In this document: one piece after another, positions 42,597-55,632 of the stretch
Layout: each line of letters starts with the position of its first letter
Numbering within the stretch: the stretch's first letter is position 1
DNA from: the human T2T-CHM13v2.0 reference genome, Homo sapiens
Assembly: GCF_009914755.1 (NCBI RefSeq)
Contig: NC_060936.1
Direction: 5' to 3' (one strand)
DNA: 64,000 nt
Made by a program: the position numbers and the translations under genes
Notes under the pieces: generated by a model
The model's database searches: none
What the model was told of the DNA's origin: nothing
What the model saw: only the letters and a program-made list of their open reading frames with translations

Positions 42597-43068
42597 ACCT
42601 TTGCGTCGTTAGTAAAAATACAGTATGTGTTAGGATAATGTAGTAATATACATATATTTCAGAGTAAGCAGAACAAGATTAGCTGCAGACCAAGCCTGGC
42701 TGCAAATTTAAATATATGCATACATTTGAATATATGCATATATTTAAACATAGCAATATATTTAACTATATATTCAAATATATGTGCATATTTCTACAGT
42801 CTCTAAGAAGATCTTGGGTGCCACAGTTGGAGGATATGCAGTATTTTAACACTCACTAGCCCAACGGTCACTTGCTGGGGAAACTGAGACCCAGAAGAGA
42901 CAGGTGAGTTTCTTGAGACCACGTGATGAGTTCAAGGCCATCCCCAGCTTCCCTGCATTTCCCTCTGCTCAATGCTGCCTCCCTCTGTGGCTGATGTCAA
43001 GTCTCATCACTGAAGCACAGTGTTCAGAAACAAGCAGAACAAGAGGGAGCAGCTCGAATGGAGGAGGC

Positions 43069-43745
43069 GGGGGTTGGGGGCTTGGGGGAGGAGCCAGGGG
43101 GCTAAAAGGGCTATTAGAAATTCACACAATTAATTAGACAATGCTGGGGACACAGCCGTCTGGATAACCCATTGATAAGGATGGCAGGGGGCCTATTCCC
43201 CAGTCCCCTTGCGGGTTACCGCAAGCAAAGCTCCACGATCCACCTCCCCCTCAATATCCAGCCCAAACCCGCTTAAATACTTGATGCAAAATTAAAGCCT
43301 GTTCCAACTTTTGTGAACACTGTACCAGTGTCTGCTGGCGCTGGGCGCCCACCACCCCCACCATTTCCCAAGGAGCCCCCGCCTCTGTCCTGCGCAGCCT
43401 CGTCCTCCATCAAGCAGAGTGCATTAGGACAATTAGCACCAGCCTACTGGCGCCAATTAGCAACCAATAGTGTCTATATTATGGAGAGGGGGCAGCAGGG
43501 GCGCCTGTGTCTCCAGCCGGCCTTCACACTCAATTACATTAAGTGGAGGCTCCGAGCTGCGGTCGGTGGGCAGTTGCTGGAGTAATTGTGTCTTCTCCGT
43601 TGCTGCAGGCGATCTTCTCCCGGCTCCCTGATCCCCGGACTGACTCCTCTCCTTGTCCGCTTACATCAGTATACACTCTTTCAAAAGGGAAGGGTAGGGG
43701 AGGGACGGAGGGGGAGAGGCGGCTACGGCGCCCAGAGAGGCAGGA
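43069..43745. promoter_or_regulatory. Candidate developmental enhancer / small CpG-rich element
   Basis: Repeat-free; about 24 CpG in 43200-43740; clustered TAAT/ATTA, SOX, GATA, NKX and CCAAT motifs; G-tracts at both ends. Confidence 0.6.
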
Positions 43746-43839
43746 AGAAAGTCATGGAGCTAAATCATGATATGAATCATTCATTCAGTCAACAAATACT
43801 CACGGAGTGTCTACTGTGTGCCTGACCTGTTTCTATAGT

Positions 43840-44030
43840 CAGGACCGGCTTCGTCATTGGCAGGGCTCAATGCAAAATGAAACCGTGAGACTCACTGCCC
43901 AAAACTTATTTAGTAGTTCAAAGTGGTGGCAACAGAGAGCACTGAGCCAAGTACAGGGTCCTTCTAGGCAGGCGTCCTTCTTAGCACAGGGGTCCTGTGT
44001 GACCACACAGGTCATGCATTTGGAAGGTGG
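43840..44030 (-). mobile_element. MER45A (hAT-Tip100)
   Basis: CAGGACCGGCT...TGCAAAATGAAA...CCTGTGTGACCACACAGGTC. Confidence 0.8.
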
Positions 44031-44607
44031 ATCTATCTGGGGCTTTGGGGTAGAGAAATGAACAAATCTGAACAAAAACATCTGCCAGTGAGGACTTCCC
44101 ACCTTAATGGAAGAAGACAGTCGGTAAGTGATCAACAGAACAGATTAGGAGATTAGCTAGGTCTTTAAAAGGTGATGGATGCTATAGGAAAATGAAAAAA
44201 GTAGAACAGAGTAAGAGGGGTCAGGAGGTCCAAAGGGAGTGGGGCAAGGTACAGGATTAAGCTGAGTAATTGGAATATGTCTCATTGAGATTGGAGTAGA
44301 GGTTTGAAGGAGGTGAGAGAATGTGCCCTCTTCTTCTGGGAAAAGAGCCTTGTCGGTCAGGAAACAGCCAGTGCAAAGGCCCTGTGGCAGAGATCTATTT
44401 GCCATGTTTAAAAAGTGGCAAAGAGGCCAGTGTGGCTGGAGCAATGTAAGCAAGGAGGAGACCAGAAGGTAAAGGAGACCCCAAGAAATAAGAGAACTGG
44501 GGAGTGGATTGCATAGGGCCTCGATGACCATTGTGAAGATGTTGGCCTTTATTCTGAGTCACTCAGGAGCCACTGGAGAGCTATGAGCAAAGGAATGAAT
44601 GATCAGT

Positions 44608-44915
44608 TATTTTTATTTTTATTTTTATTTTTAGAGACAGGGTCTCACTGTGGTGCCCAGGTTAGAGTGCAGTAGCACGATCATGGCTCACTGCAACCTC
44701 GACCTCCCAGGCTCAAGCAGTCCTCCCGCTTCAGTCTTCTAAATAGCCGGAACTACAGGTGTGCTCCACCTTGCCTGGCTAATTTTTGACATTTTTGTAG
44801 AAACGGGGTCTTGCTATGTTGCCCAGGCTCGTCTCAAATTTCTGGGCTCAAGCAATCCTCCCACCTCAGCCTCCCAAAGTGCTTGGATTACAGGTGCAAG
44901 CCGCTACACCTGGCC
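44608..44915 (-). mobile_element. AluJ
   Basis: GATCATGGCTCACTGCAACCTCGACCTCCCAGGCTCAAGC. Confidence 0.93.
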
Positions 44916-45012
44916 TCATACCTCCTCGTTTAAATGATGACTCTGAAAGCTATGTAGGGGCCAGAGGTGGGGCAATAAACATGGACACAGGGAAGCCCAC
45001 GAAGCATCTAAA

Positions 45013-45349
45013 ACAGGGGTTGGCAAACATTTTCTGGAAAGGGCCACATAGTAAATATTTTAGGCTTTGTGAACGATATGATCTCTGTCACAAATGCCCG
45101 GTACTGTTACTATAACACCAAGTCAGCCATATTCAGTGTGTGAATGAATGGGCAGGGCTGCATCCAAATGAAACTTCATGGATGCTGAAATTGGGGTTTC
45201 ATATAATTGTTCTGTGTCATGAAATATCATTTTTCTTTTGCTTTTTTCCCAACCATTGAAAAATGTAAAAGCCATTCTTAATGTATGGCTGTGCAACAAA
45301 AGGGCAGCAAGCTAGATTTTTCCCAGGGGCTAGAGGTTACTGATCCCTG
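45013..45349. mobile_element. MER58B (hAT-Charlie)
   Basis: CAGGGGTTGGCAAAC...AGTAAATATTTTAGGCTTTGT...GATCCCTG. Confidence 0.85.
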
Positions 45350-46888
45350 CTCTATGAAGTAACCCAGGGGAGAACAGGGTGGAAACAGGGAACAACACTC
45401 AAGTGGGGAGAGGGTAGATTCTGGATCTATTTTATGGTATAGCCAATAGGTCGACAGTGCAGTGTAAGAGAGAGATGCCAAAGATGACTCCCAAGGTTTG
45501 GGGTCTGAGCAACCAGAAAGATAGATTAACATCCATCCAACTGGAGAAGGCAGCAGGAGGTACCAATATGGGGAGGTGTGGGAGAGGATGATAATAGCCA
45601 TAATAGCTATTGATTGCTTATGTAATTGGGCATTTAAGATGTGCTCAGCTCTTTATGAACACTGTTTCATTTAATCCTTACATAAACATATTTTGTAAGT
45701 TTGACTCCATTGACATCTCAGCCCATTTCATAGATGTGAACACTGAGTCTTATAAGAGCAAAGTATTTCTCTAAGATCTTCAGCTGGTAAGTTGCAGAAA
45801 CAGGGGTTTCCCACTCAGGAGCCTGGGCTCTGCCGTATTACGCAACCCACACTGCTTTGGACATCTTACTCAAAGCAAGAAACTTTCAAACAGAAAGCAG
45901 AAGCCTTCCCAGGCCCAAGTTTTGGTTTTGGCTTTAACTTCAGTATTGGTTCAGGAGTATATGTTTCAACAAGCCCCTCCTCTTCCCCGTGCCGCAGTCT
46001 CCCTTGTCTTTTCAATGCGGCTCTGGGACCAGGACCTTCTCCAGGTTATTCTCTCATCTAACACACGCTGACATCATGATTACTCAGTTCTAAGCCAGGC
46101 AACCTGGGCAGGGAAGGTCCAACGGCCTTAGGAAAGAGTTAATTCTCTGTGAAATTACTGGGAATTATTTACATCTTTACACGGTGTTTTATATCTTTAA
46201 GTGCTTTCTGATTGCTTAGAAGCTAATCCCAGGTGGAGGCCAGAGGCCTAGGAGAAAGCCCTTGTCAAGTTGAAGCTGGAATCTGGAGGAGCTGAAGGAG
46301 TTGGCAGGCCTGACGCAGGCATCTGCTGGAAACGCAGTCTTCCCCACCCACCTCCCGCAGGCTCCCTCTCCCGAACCCCCAAAAACTGTTACCCAGTTAC
46401 CTTACCACTGGCCTCCAGCCTCAGTAGCAACTAGGCGGGTGCCACATACCCCGTGTGTACCTGACCACATAAGGAGACAAGTGAACAGCAGCAAAATACC
46501 TCTTGCCCTTGGGAAGCATGCACTCTGGCTAGGGAATATGGGACTAACATATCCTAGAATCAGTTTCCAGGAGCTGCTATTGGTGGCCTAATGTAAAAAG
46601 TGGCCACGGAGCCATTCGGCATGTCATTCTTACTCTGGAGATACTCAGTGGTGGACGGCCACGTTTCTGCCAGCATGGGACTTTCTGCTAGTCTGTGCAA
46701 TGGGTGGGCAAAAGACTCCAACTACATCTTTCCGGAAAGAGGACTTAAGCTCGGTTTTGAAGGGATTCCTTCATGGGCCAGCTCTTTCGCTGAGCCAGCC
46801 AGGGTGCCCAGGTCTCTGCTCCGCTGGAGAGTTGGAGGTCAACAGGAGTGTGCCTGTCCTTAGGAAGGATAGAGGGAAATACATTTAT

Positions 46889-46963
46889 TAAGTGCAGAAG
46901 TAATTCCAGTTTTTACCATTACTTTTTAAGGCCAAAATTGCAATTACTTTGCACCAACCCAGT
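46889..46963. mobile_element. MADE1, degenerate
   Basis: GTGCAGAAGTAATT...CCATTACTTT...GCAATTACTTTGCACCAACC. Confidence 0.85.
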
Positions 46964-47324
46964 AATTCATGGCCCTCCCCAAGAGAAACTGTAAAAGAAA
47001 ACTGAAAGTTGACTCAGCTAGAATTTGTAGATAGAACGTCAGCAACATTGGAGTATCTTTTGTGGGTCGAGGGGAGTGTGGCATGTAGGAAATAATAGGG
47101 AGGTTGAAAGGTCTTCAAGAATGGGATGTCCAGTCTCATATATCTCCACACCTAGATATTATTATATTCTTTCCTGGTGCCTGTGAGCATGTCTTCAACT
47201 CTCCAGACCCTCAGTCTCTCATCTGTAAAATGGAGATGAGAATCTCTCCTCCGAATGGGCCATTTGGATGAGAGAATAAAATAACAAAAGTGAGTAATAG
47301 TAGTCATTGCACCAATAGGAAGAG

Positions 47325-47545
47325 CTAACATTTATTGAGCACCTAGTACATGCCAGGAACTCTGCAATACTTCCCATGAGCTGTGTCATCAACTCTTCTC
47401 AGCCACCTTTTGAAGCAAGATTTTGTGCCAGCCCTGTTATGCAGATGAAGAAACTGAGACGTAGCATAGTAAATGATTTGCCAAAGTTACTTGCCCAGTT
47501 TGTAAGGGCCACAGCCAGTATACGAACCCAAGCCTGATGTAAGAA
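47325..47545 (-). mobile_element. MIR
   Basis: CATTTATTGAGCACCTA...CAGATGAAGAAACTGAG. Confidence 0.8.
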
Positions 47546-47772
47546 TACCGCAAAAGAAAGCACCTGAGTTTTTAAAAATCTCTTTTGGATAAACTCCTCA
47601 TGAACTGTATTGACAGGCATCATCCTGACAAATGATGCCTTTATCATCTGCTTTTGCTGCAGGAGTAAGTGTAGCCTTTTGGGGAAATCAGTCAAAGCTT
47701 CTTTTTGCTTCTCAGTGAATTTGGGGCAGACAGAAAACAATCTCCATCCAGCACATTGTGGATATTTGTCAG

Positions 47773-48190
47773 CTGTGTTAGCTTTGGTCCTCCAAGATGT
47801 AGTTGCCAAAAAGATATGAAACTTACAAGGACATTTTTAGTGGAAAGATATGTGAGGGAAAACTGGGGAGGAGCTGGAAAGGTTGGGAGAGCTGTCAGCC
47901 TACAAATAAGTCCACCCTTGAGTGAAAGGGAAAGAGAAGGGAAGCTGAATAGCAGAGTGCTAGGCTCCCACGTCATCTAAGGAAGCTTCCGAAAGATTGT
48001 CATGGAGTTCTCCAGCCCGAGTCGGCCATCAGAGCAGTCCCAGGTCTCCCACAAATGCACCTGTCTAAGACTTCCTGCAGCTGGGAGCCATAGTGAGAAG
48101 CATGGTCTCCCTATAAATGCAGCCTTGGATTTCAGAGCAGCTGCCTGGCTCTCCCATGGTACAGGATCTACAAAATGCATTACCCTGACC
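47773..48190 (-). mobile_element. LTR16-family solo LTR
   Basis: Colinear with the 7.9 kb copy (GGTCCTCCAAGA...GGGAGAGCTGTCAG). Confidence 0.65.
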
Positions 48191-48689
48191 GCTGCACCTG
48201 TCACTCCCTGCAGATGCCACATGTTTGAACACTCACAAGGAAACACAGAGAGCCAGAAGACAGTGAAATGAACGGGCTGTCATGTCCCCCAGCTACCACG
48301 GATTGGCTCAGTGAAGAGAGGCTGTGGTCACCTCTGCATGGTTTCCTGGTACAAACACAAATTTCCTTTCCTCTGGCTGCATTCCTAAAATTAATTAAAT
48401 CTTGGCTCAAGAAGGCTTCTTCATGCCAGCAAGGTAGGCACCCAAGTAGGCCATGATTGGTCCCTTCTGACCATTTATCGAAGGGCAGCCTTCCAAAACT
48501 CAAGGCCAGATAAGTGATGCAGCAAGAGAGCCACACCCTACAACTTACCACCAGACCTCAATTTTTCCACATGAGAAATGGAATTTTTGCAACCAAAAGC
48601 ACCCAGGAATTAGTGTCTAACAGAAAGCACTCAGTCCCAGCATCCCTGCCTACCCATTCCCAACCCCAAAGACTGGATCGCTGTGTGCA

Positions 48690-48872
48690 TTTCTTTTCTT
48701 TTTCTTTTTCCTTTTTTTTTTTTTCTTTGAGATGGAGTCTCGCTCTGTCACCCAAGCTGGAGTGCAATGGCGCAATCTTGGCTCTCACTGCAACCTCTGC
48801 CTCCCGGGTTCAAGTGATTCTCCTGCCTCAGCCTCCTGAGTAGCTGGGATTACAGGTGCCCACCACCACACT
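48690..48872 (-). mobile_element. 5'-truncated AluS (right arm)
   Basis: Right monomer only; CATTTCTTTT on both flanks. Confidence 0.9.
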
Positions 48873-49984
48873 CGCCTTGCACATTTCTTTTGTAGGATAT
48901 ATGGCCACTGCTGAAAGGCAGTTTGTGCAATTATTTGTTAAGGATCAAGTGGTGAAGATGTAGGCCCCTAGCGTGCTCCTGCCTGAGTTGGTATCCCAGC
49001 TGCGTCACTTAATCAGTCTGTGCCTCAGTGTCCTCTCCTGCCAAATGAGCATAATAGTAGCACCAGCCTTCTAGGGCTGTTGTGAAGATTAAATGGATTC
49101 ACATAGATGAAGCCCAGGGATCTGATGGATACATTGTAAGATACATTAGAAGGAAACAGTAGCTGTTAGCTTTTTAAAATGGTTACTGTCTCCCGTTTGG
49201 AGATGGGGCTATTGAAAGGGAAAGACAGAGAAATCAAATAGGCAGCCCGTGATGAAATCTGCATAGGAATTCAGGTCTCTGTGGCTGGCATTTAACCTTC
49301 TCAAATTCTGGGTGGATCTTGGAGGTGTGCATGTTCCCGTGTTCGTTTCTCATTGTACTCTTTTATGCTCAGGGCCTCTCCATTTTCAAACTACAGGATC
49401 TGATCTCAGGGCTCTGGATTACCCAGAGGAAGGACAGGCTGAATGGGCACCTCCTTCTCCACGGGAAGAAGCCATGGATGCCTCATCCTCTGGCCCAGCC
49501 TAGGCTGGGAACCCTCCAGACCTACCCCATTTAGAGCCCCCAGGGGCCCCAGGCTCCTCCCTGCTCACATCTTCCTGCTAAGTCTTGGTCAAACTTACCT
49601 CCTCTGCCCTGTATTTTAATTTTTCAAAGTCCAGGTTTTTTCTCTGTCTTTCTCTCATTATTTAAGGCTCGGTCTGACCTTTCCCCCTCCACTGTCTTCC
49701 TTTCATGCAGCTTCCTATCCAAATACAAGCTTTCCACACACCCACAGACTCTGTGTTCTCAAGTCTGGACTCCCACACTTGTTCAGCTCATAACCAGCAC
49801 GAGTACACATCCCATATAGGTATCTACTCTGCACCAATAGGCATACTGCATGCACCGTGTGCACATCTCCATGATCACCCATGCTGGCAATGTGTGCTAA
49901 ACCCGTGCATGCCTGCCGAGCACACCCACAGAGTGAACACACATGGGCACACACATGCACATACATAAGAATGTCACTATAGTA

Positions 49985-50190
49985 GCTAACATTAATTGAA
50001 TGTTTACTACATGCTAGGGACTTTTCTATGAAATACCTTCTCTAGTCCTCACCACAACTCATGAAAGAGGTAGGATAATCATCTCCATTTTACAGATGAG
50101 GAAACTGAGGCTCAGAAAGGTTAAGTAACTTGCCCAAGATCACACAGCTAGAAAGTGACAGAGGTGAGATATGAACTCAGACTCTCTAAC
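49985..50190 (-). mobile_element. MIR
   Basis: Near-consensus CCATTTTACAGATGAGGAAACTGAGGCTCAGAAAGGTTAAGTAACTTGCCCAAGATCACACAGCTAG. Confidence 0.93.
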
Positions 50191-50191
50191 A

Positions 50192-50413
50192 CAGAGTCAG
50201 CAGATGATGGCCCAGGGTCCAAATATGACCAATCACCTGTTTTTGTAAATAAAACTTTATTAGAAAACAGCCCCGGTCCATTCATGTATATATTGTCTGC
50301 CTCTGCTTATGCTACAAGGGCAGGGTTGAAGAATAGTGACAGAGACTAGATGGTTCACAAAGCCAAACGTGTTTGCTATCTTGCACTTAATAGAAAAAGT
50401 CTGCTGAACCCTG
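50192..50413. mobile_element. MER58A
   Basis: CCTGTTTTTGTAAATAAAACTTTATT...AGAAAAAGTCTGCTGAACCCTG. Confidence 0.8.
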
Positions 50414-51199
50414 GTCTAACTCCAGAGTCTCCCTCTTATTCACTGAACCTGATGGTAGTTTTCCTGGTAGAATACTGATACACAGTTTCCATTTGAACTA
50501 AACTTGCAGTTAAAAAGAGGGGTGGGGAGAGTTGTTCTAGCCCAGCTCTCTTTTGCTTTATAGATGAGAAGACTGAATGCAGAGAAGCTCAAGGTCAAAA
50601 GCAAGGTCAGCCTGTACTGAGTATGAGCACACACACATCCCATGTTCTATTTCTTGTGCTCAGTCTGCAAAGCTGGAACGTGTTCCTAATTCCCACGCAC
50701 TCTGGCTGAGTGCTCACATGGAATGCACGTGTGCCCATGAGCTCACGTTTACATCTGAGTGTAGGTGCCCTGGCACATACCACCCCCCCACACACACACA
50801 CACAGTGGCCTCTGTAACATGCCCACACACTCAGCTTGCAGATAGACCCCCTATCACGCTGCTCTGCACTGTGAAAAGCTACCCTGCCCACAGGCAACCG
50901 CTATAACGTACAGACAAGATGCCTCCTTCCTGTTCACTCAGCAAGCACACACAATCGATGGGATAGAATGCTGGCATGTGTCCTCCCCCAACAAAGCTTA
51001 GGGTGGTGCAAAGAGGCAGGGGCTGGTGATCGGGGCATCCAATTGGTAGCCCCACATCTGCCTCGGGTTTCTCAGGGCCCCCAGTCTTCCCATGTGTAAA
51101 ATAAAAGGCGTCAGCCACCGCTTCACATTTTTTAGGTAAATTCATTTAAAGGTGAAATTCACAACATAGTTCTTACTGGAAAACCAGTATCACTTGTCA

Positions 51200-52489
<1,290 letters not shown>

Positions 52490-52490
<1 letters not shown>

Positions 52491-52860
52491 GTAATGAAAG
52501 CAAGTGCATTATTAAATTCTAGCTGGATACAGTTGCCCACTTAAGGTGTTTCACCTGTGGCTGTTCTCATTTTATTAAAAAGAAAGATTAGCAGCAATGG
52601 GGAAAATGTTAAAGACATACTCCAAGATGGGGAAACTTTCTTTTTAGTCCAACCGGATAGATTGAAGGAAAGTTGAAAGGGGAAAATGTTAAAGACATAC
52701 TCCAAGATGGGGAAACTTTCTTTTTAGTCCAACCGGATAGATTGAAGGAAAGTTGAAAAGAGGATAATCTCTACGTGATACAGAGTATTTAATTCTGGTC
52801 CTCAGCTCATCAAATCCTATCTCAGGTAACCCGGTAGTACCTGCCCCATCTTTAGAATCA
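52490..52860. mobile_element. hAT-Charlie-type fragment (other half at ~51120-51200)
   Basis: AAAACCAGTATCACTTG before the L1 and TTAAATTCTAGCTGGATAC after it; family from recall. Confidence 0.5.
52599..52758 (+). repeat. Perfect 80-bp tandem duplication
   Basis: 52599-52678 is identical to 52679-52758. Confidence 0.98.
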
Positions 52861-52864
52861 TTGA

Positions 52865-53545
52865 AGATAGCTGTAGCCTCTTACCTTGGATTTTCGCTCC
52901 TGCCCTTGTCCCCTTTCAGCCTGTTATTAGCAAGGCTGGCAGGGTGATTGTGTTAAATATTAAGAAGCAATAGTTAGATCACACCCCTTCTTTGCTCAAA
53001 ACCCTCCCATGGCTCCCATCTCACTCAGAGTAAAAGCCAAATTCTTACGATGGCCACAGGGCCCCATATGCTCTGGTCACCGTGTCTCCCTAACTCTCTG
53101 ACCTATACTTACCTTCTGTTCATCCTTCTGAGCCCATGGGCTTCCTCACTGCTCCTTAAACACACTCTCTACCTGACCACTCTGGGGCTTTGCAATGCCA
53201 TTCCCTCTGCTCAGATGCTCTTCCCCCAGGCAACGTGCATGGCTCACTTTTTCACTTCCTTTGAGTGTCTGTTCCAATGTCAACTTAGCAGGGAGGCCAT
53301 GTCTGACCACCCTATTCTCTACTCCATTTCCAGCCTCACGCAGTTTTACCCCCTTCCCTGCTTTACTTTTCTGCCTAGTCCATATCACGAGCATATTATT
53401 TATGCATCTGTTGATGACTTCTTTCCACCAGGATGTCAGCTCCATGAGGTCGGGGACCTTGCCTGTTGTATTCACTTCTATCTCCTAGAACAGTGGCTGG
53501 CACAGAGTATGTGTTTTAAACATATACATTCAATGAATGAGTGAA
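52865..53545 (+). mobile_element. L2a 3' portion
   Basis: CTCAAAACCCTCCCATGGCTCCCATCTCACTCAGAGTAAAAGCCAAA...TAGAACAGTGGCTGGCACA...AATGAATGA. Confidence 0.9.
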
Positions 53546-53899
53546 AGGCTGAGTGATTGGAAAATCGTAGACTAGGTGACACTTCAGTATCCCTCTAATC
53601 CTAATAGTCTATAATTTAATTCTTGATAATGGAATGTGATTCAACAATTAGAGCTAGGAGTCTGGACACCCATCCTGTAGGGTCCTGTGATTTTTTCCAA
53701 ATCGCTCATATGGTCTTCCCTATGAAGACCATATTCCTTTCAATTCCCCAATAGGGGTGAACTCTTCCTGCCCAGACCTGCGGAAGATTGCTTAGATGAC
53801 ATTACATATGTTTTATTGAGCTCTCTGGGTGTCACATCCTCTGCACGCATCTCTCAAAGAAGACTAACAATATTAATAATAAAAAGCAACAGTAATACA

Positions 53900-54130
53900 C
53901 CGTGATTGAGCACTGACCACATGCCAGGCTCCATTGCAAGCACTTGGCATAATTTATTTAATTCACACAACACCAAAGGATAGGTAGTAGTATTCTCCCC
54001 ACTTCATGGATGAGGTGACTGAGGCACAGAGAGGGGGAAAGTAGTTCCCAAAGACACACAGTTGGTGGGAGGAGGAACCAGGATTTGAACTCTGGTTATC
54101 TGATTCCAGCGATCACATGTCTAACTTCTC
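53900..54130 (-). mobile_element. MIR
   Basis: TTGAGCACTGACCACATGCCAGG...ACTGAGGCACAGAGAGG...CCAGGATTTGAACTC. Confidence 0.85.
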
Positions 54131-55484
54131 ATAACACTGGAAAGTGCTATTATTGCCCTAGGAGAAAACTGTAGCTAAAAAATAAATAACTGATTGGATA
54201 TTTAAAGCCAGGTCTTTCCAACTCAAATGGTTGCAAGGAGAAGGAAGAGGAGGTGGAGAAGAGGAACGCTGTTTCTAGTGCTTAATGTGTCCCAGACCCT
54301 ATTGTAGAGGCTTCAGGTGCGTTGTTTTGTTTGAATTTCAGAGCAAGTCAATGCAGAGGAGAACACTGAGGCTCAGAGAAGTTCAGTAACTTGGCCAAGG
54401 TCACACTTCCCTATTTCCACTTTTGGACTAGTAGTCAAGCACTTATCCCCCAGAGCCTCCAAGAAAAGGCTGTTGGACCAAGATGCCCCAGTTGGACAAG
54501 GTCTTGGCCAAACATCCATCTCCAAAGGCCCGGGAGAAGAAGCTGGTGGGCAGAGCTGCCCCAATTCAATCCAGTTGAACTTCCATCTGCCTTTGCAAGG
54601 ACTCAGGGCTCAAGGGCAAAACACTGGTAAGCTCCTGAAGCTGGGGCAAGGACAAAAGAGAGCTAATTAAGACTGAAAGCAAGACAAGGACCCCAAGCAC
54701 TGCCTCCTTTTACTTTAGAGAGACCAGATAGTCTTACATTTCAGTCATTTATTTGCAGACATCTATAATGGCATCTTCAAGAGACCTGTGTGCACCTTGT
54801 CTGAGTTGAAGTACACACCCTGAAGAGGAGCCAGTTATGAAGGACCAAATGCACATATTAAAATTAAACATCACACGATTCTCAAAGTATTGGTTATTAA
54901 TGCCCAGTGGTCTCACTTGCGCTGGGATCCACATTATTTCTGTGCACATTTGGAAGACACATTATCATGGCAAACTGCCAGGCTGAGATGAACTGTGGGT
55001 TCAACCAATCACCAAAGGGTTCATTCATTTATCCCTGAGACAATTTCCTCAGAGAGGAAAAGGCACTTGCCTAAGGTCACACTGCTGGTAAGTGGCAAAG
55101 CCGAGGTGTAAACTCAGGCAACCTGTCTCTAAGCACCTCACATAGGCGGTGCTTCAGTCTGTTTGTGTGCACTCAGACACTTTCAATGAAATTTTGGCAT
55201 GAAAAGGTACAGCAATTGCGAGGTGAGCTAAAGGCGGTTATTTTCCCTCTGCTGAAACACGAAGATTCATTGCTGATTCTATGAGTTGGTCTTTGCTGCT
55301 CTTGGTAAGAATGACCTCTCAACCTGTGTAGGGAAGGTGGGCATCACTGAGTCACTGAGATGCTGGAAGATTCACTTTTTTAAGAGCATAAATGAAAGGC
55401 AGTTATTCAGATGATCAAAAACGCTTCACAAAAGGATTCTGTGCCGGTGTCTCTCAATAGCAAACTTCCTTCCTCTTGTCTTAG

Positions 55485-55632
55485 AAATTCATTCACTTAT
55501 TCATTTAGCAAATGTTTATCAAGCCTCTAATGTATGTCTGGAACTCTTATAGGCACTTGTTCATAACTGTGAACAAGACAGATAAAATCCCTGCCCCCAA
55601 GAGGCTTATATCCTAATGAGGGAGACAGATAA
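55485..55632 (-). mobile_element. L2 3' end
   Basis: ATTCATTCA...CAAATGTTTAT...GTGAACAAGACAGA...ATCCCTGCCC. Confidence 0.8.

Larger units (their letters stand above)
43775..45585 (-). mobile_element. L2 fragmented by MER45A, AluJ and MER58B
   Basis: TCATTCATTCAGTCAACAAATA...; GTGCAAAGGCCCTGTGGCAG; GAGCCACTGGAG; AAGATGACTCCCAAGGTTT. Confidence 0.8.

Noticed and set aside
43481-43505. CTCF-like GAGGGGGCAGCAGGGGCGCC (also CAGCGCCCCC at ~17857)
   Set aside because: Only the 3' half of the CCASYAGRKGGCRS core matches in either register
49700-50950. CA-rich stretches giving His/Thr/Cys-rich ORFs
   Set aside because: Degenerate low-complexity sequence with no periodic unit or coding signal
53050-53544. 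Longest ORF (164 aa)
   Set aside because: Lies entirely in an L2 3' region; no recognisable domain
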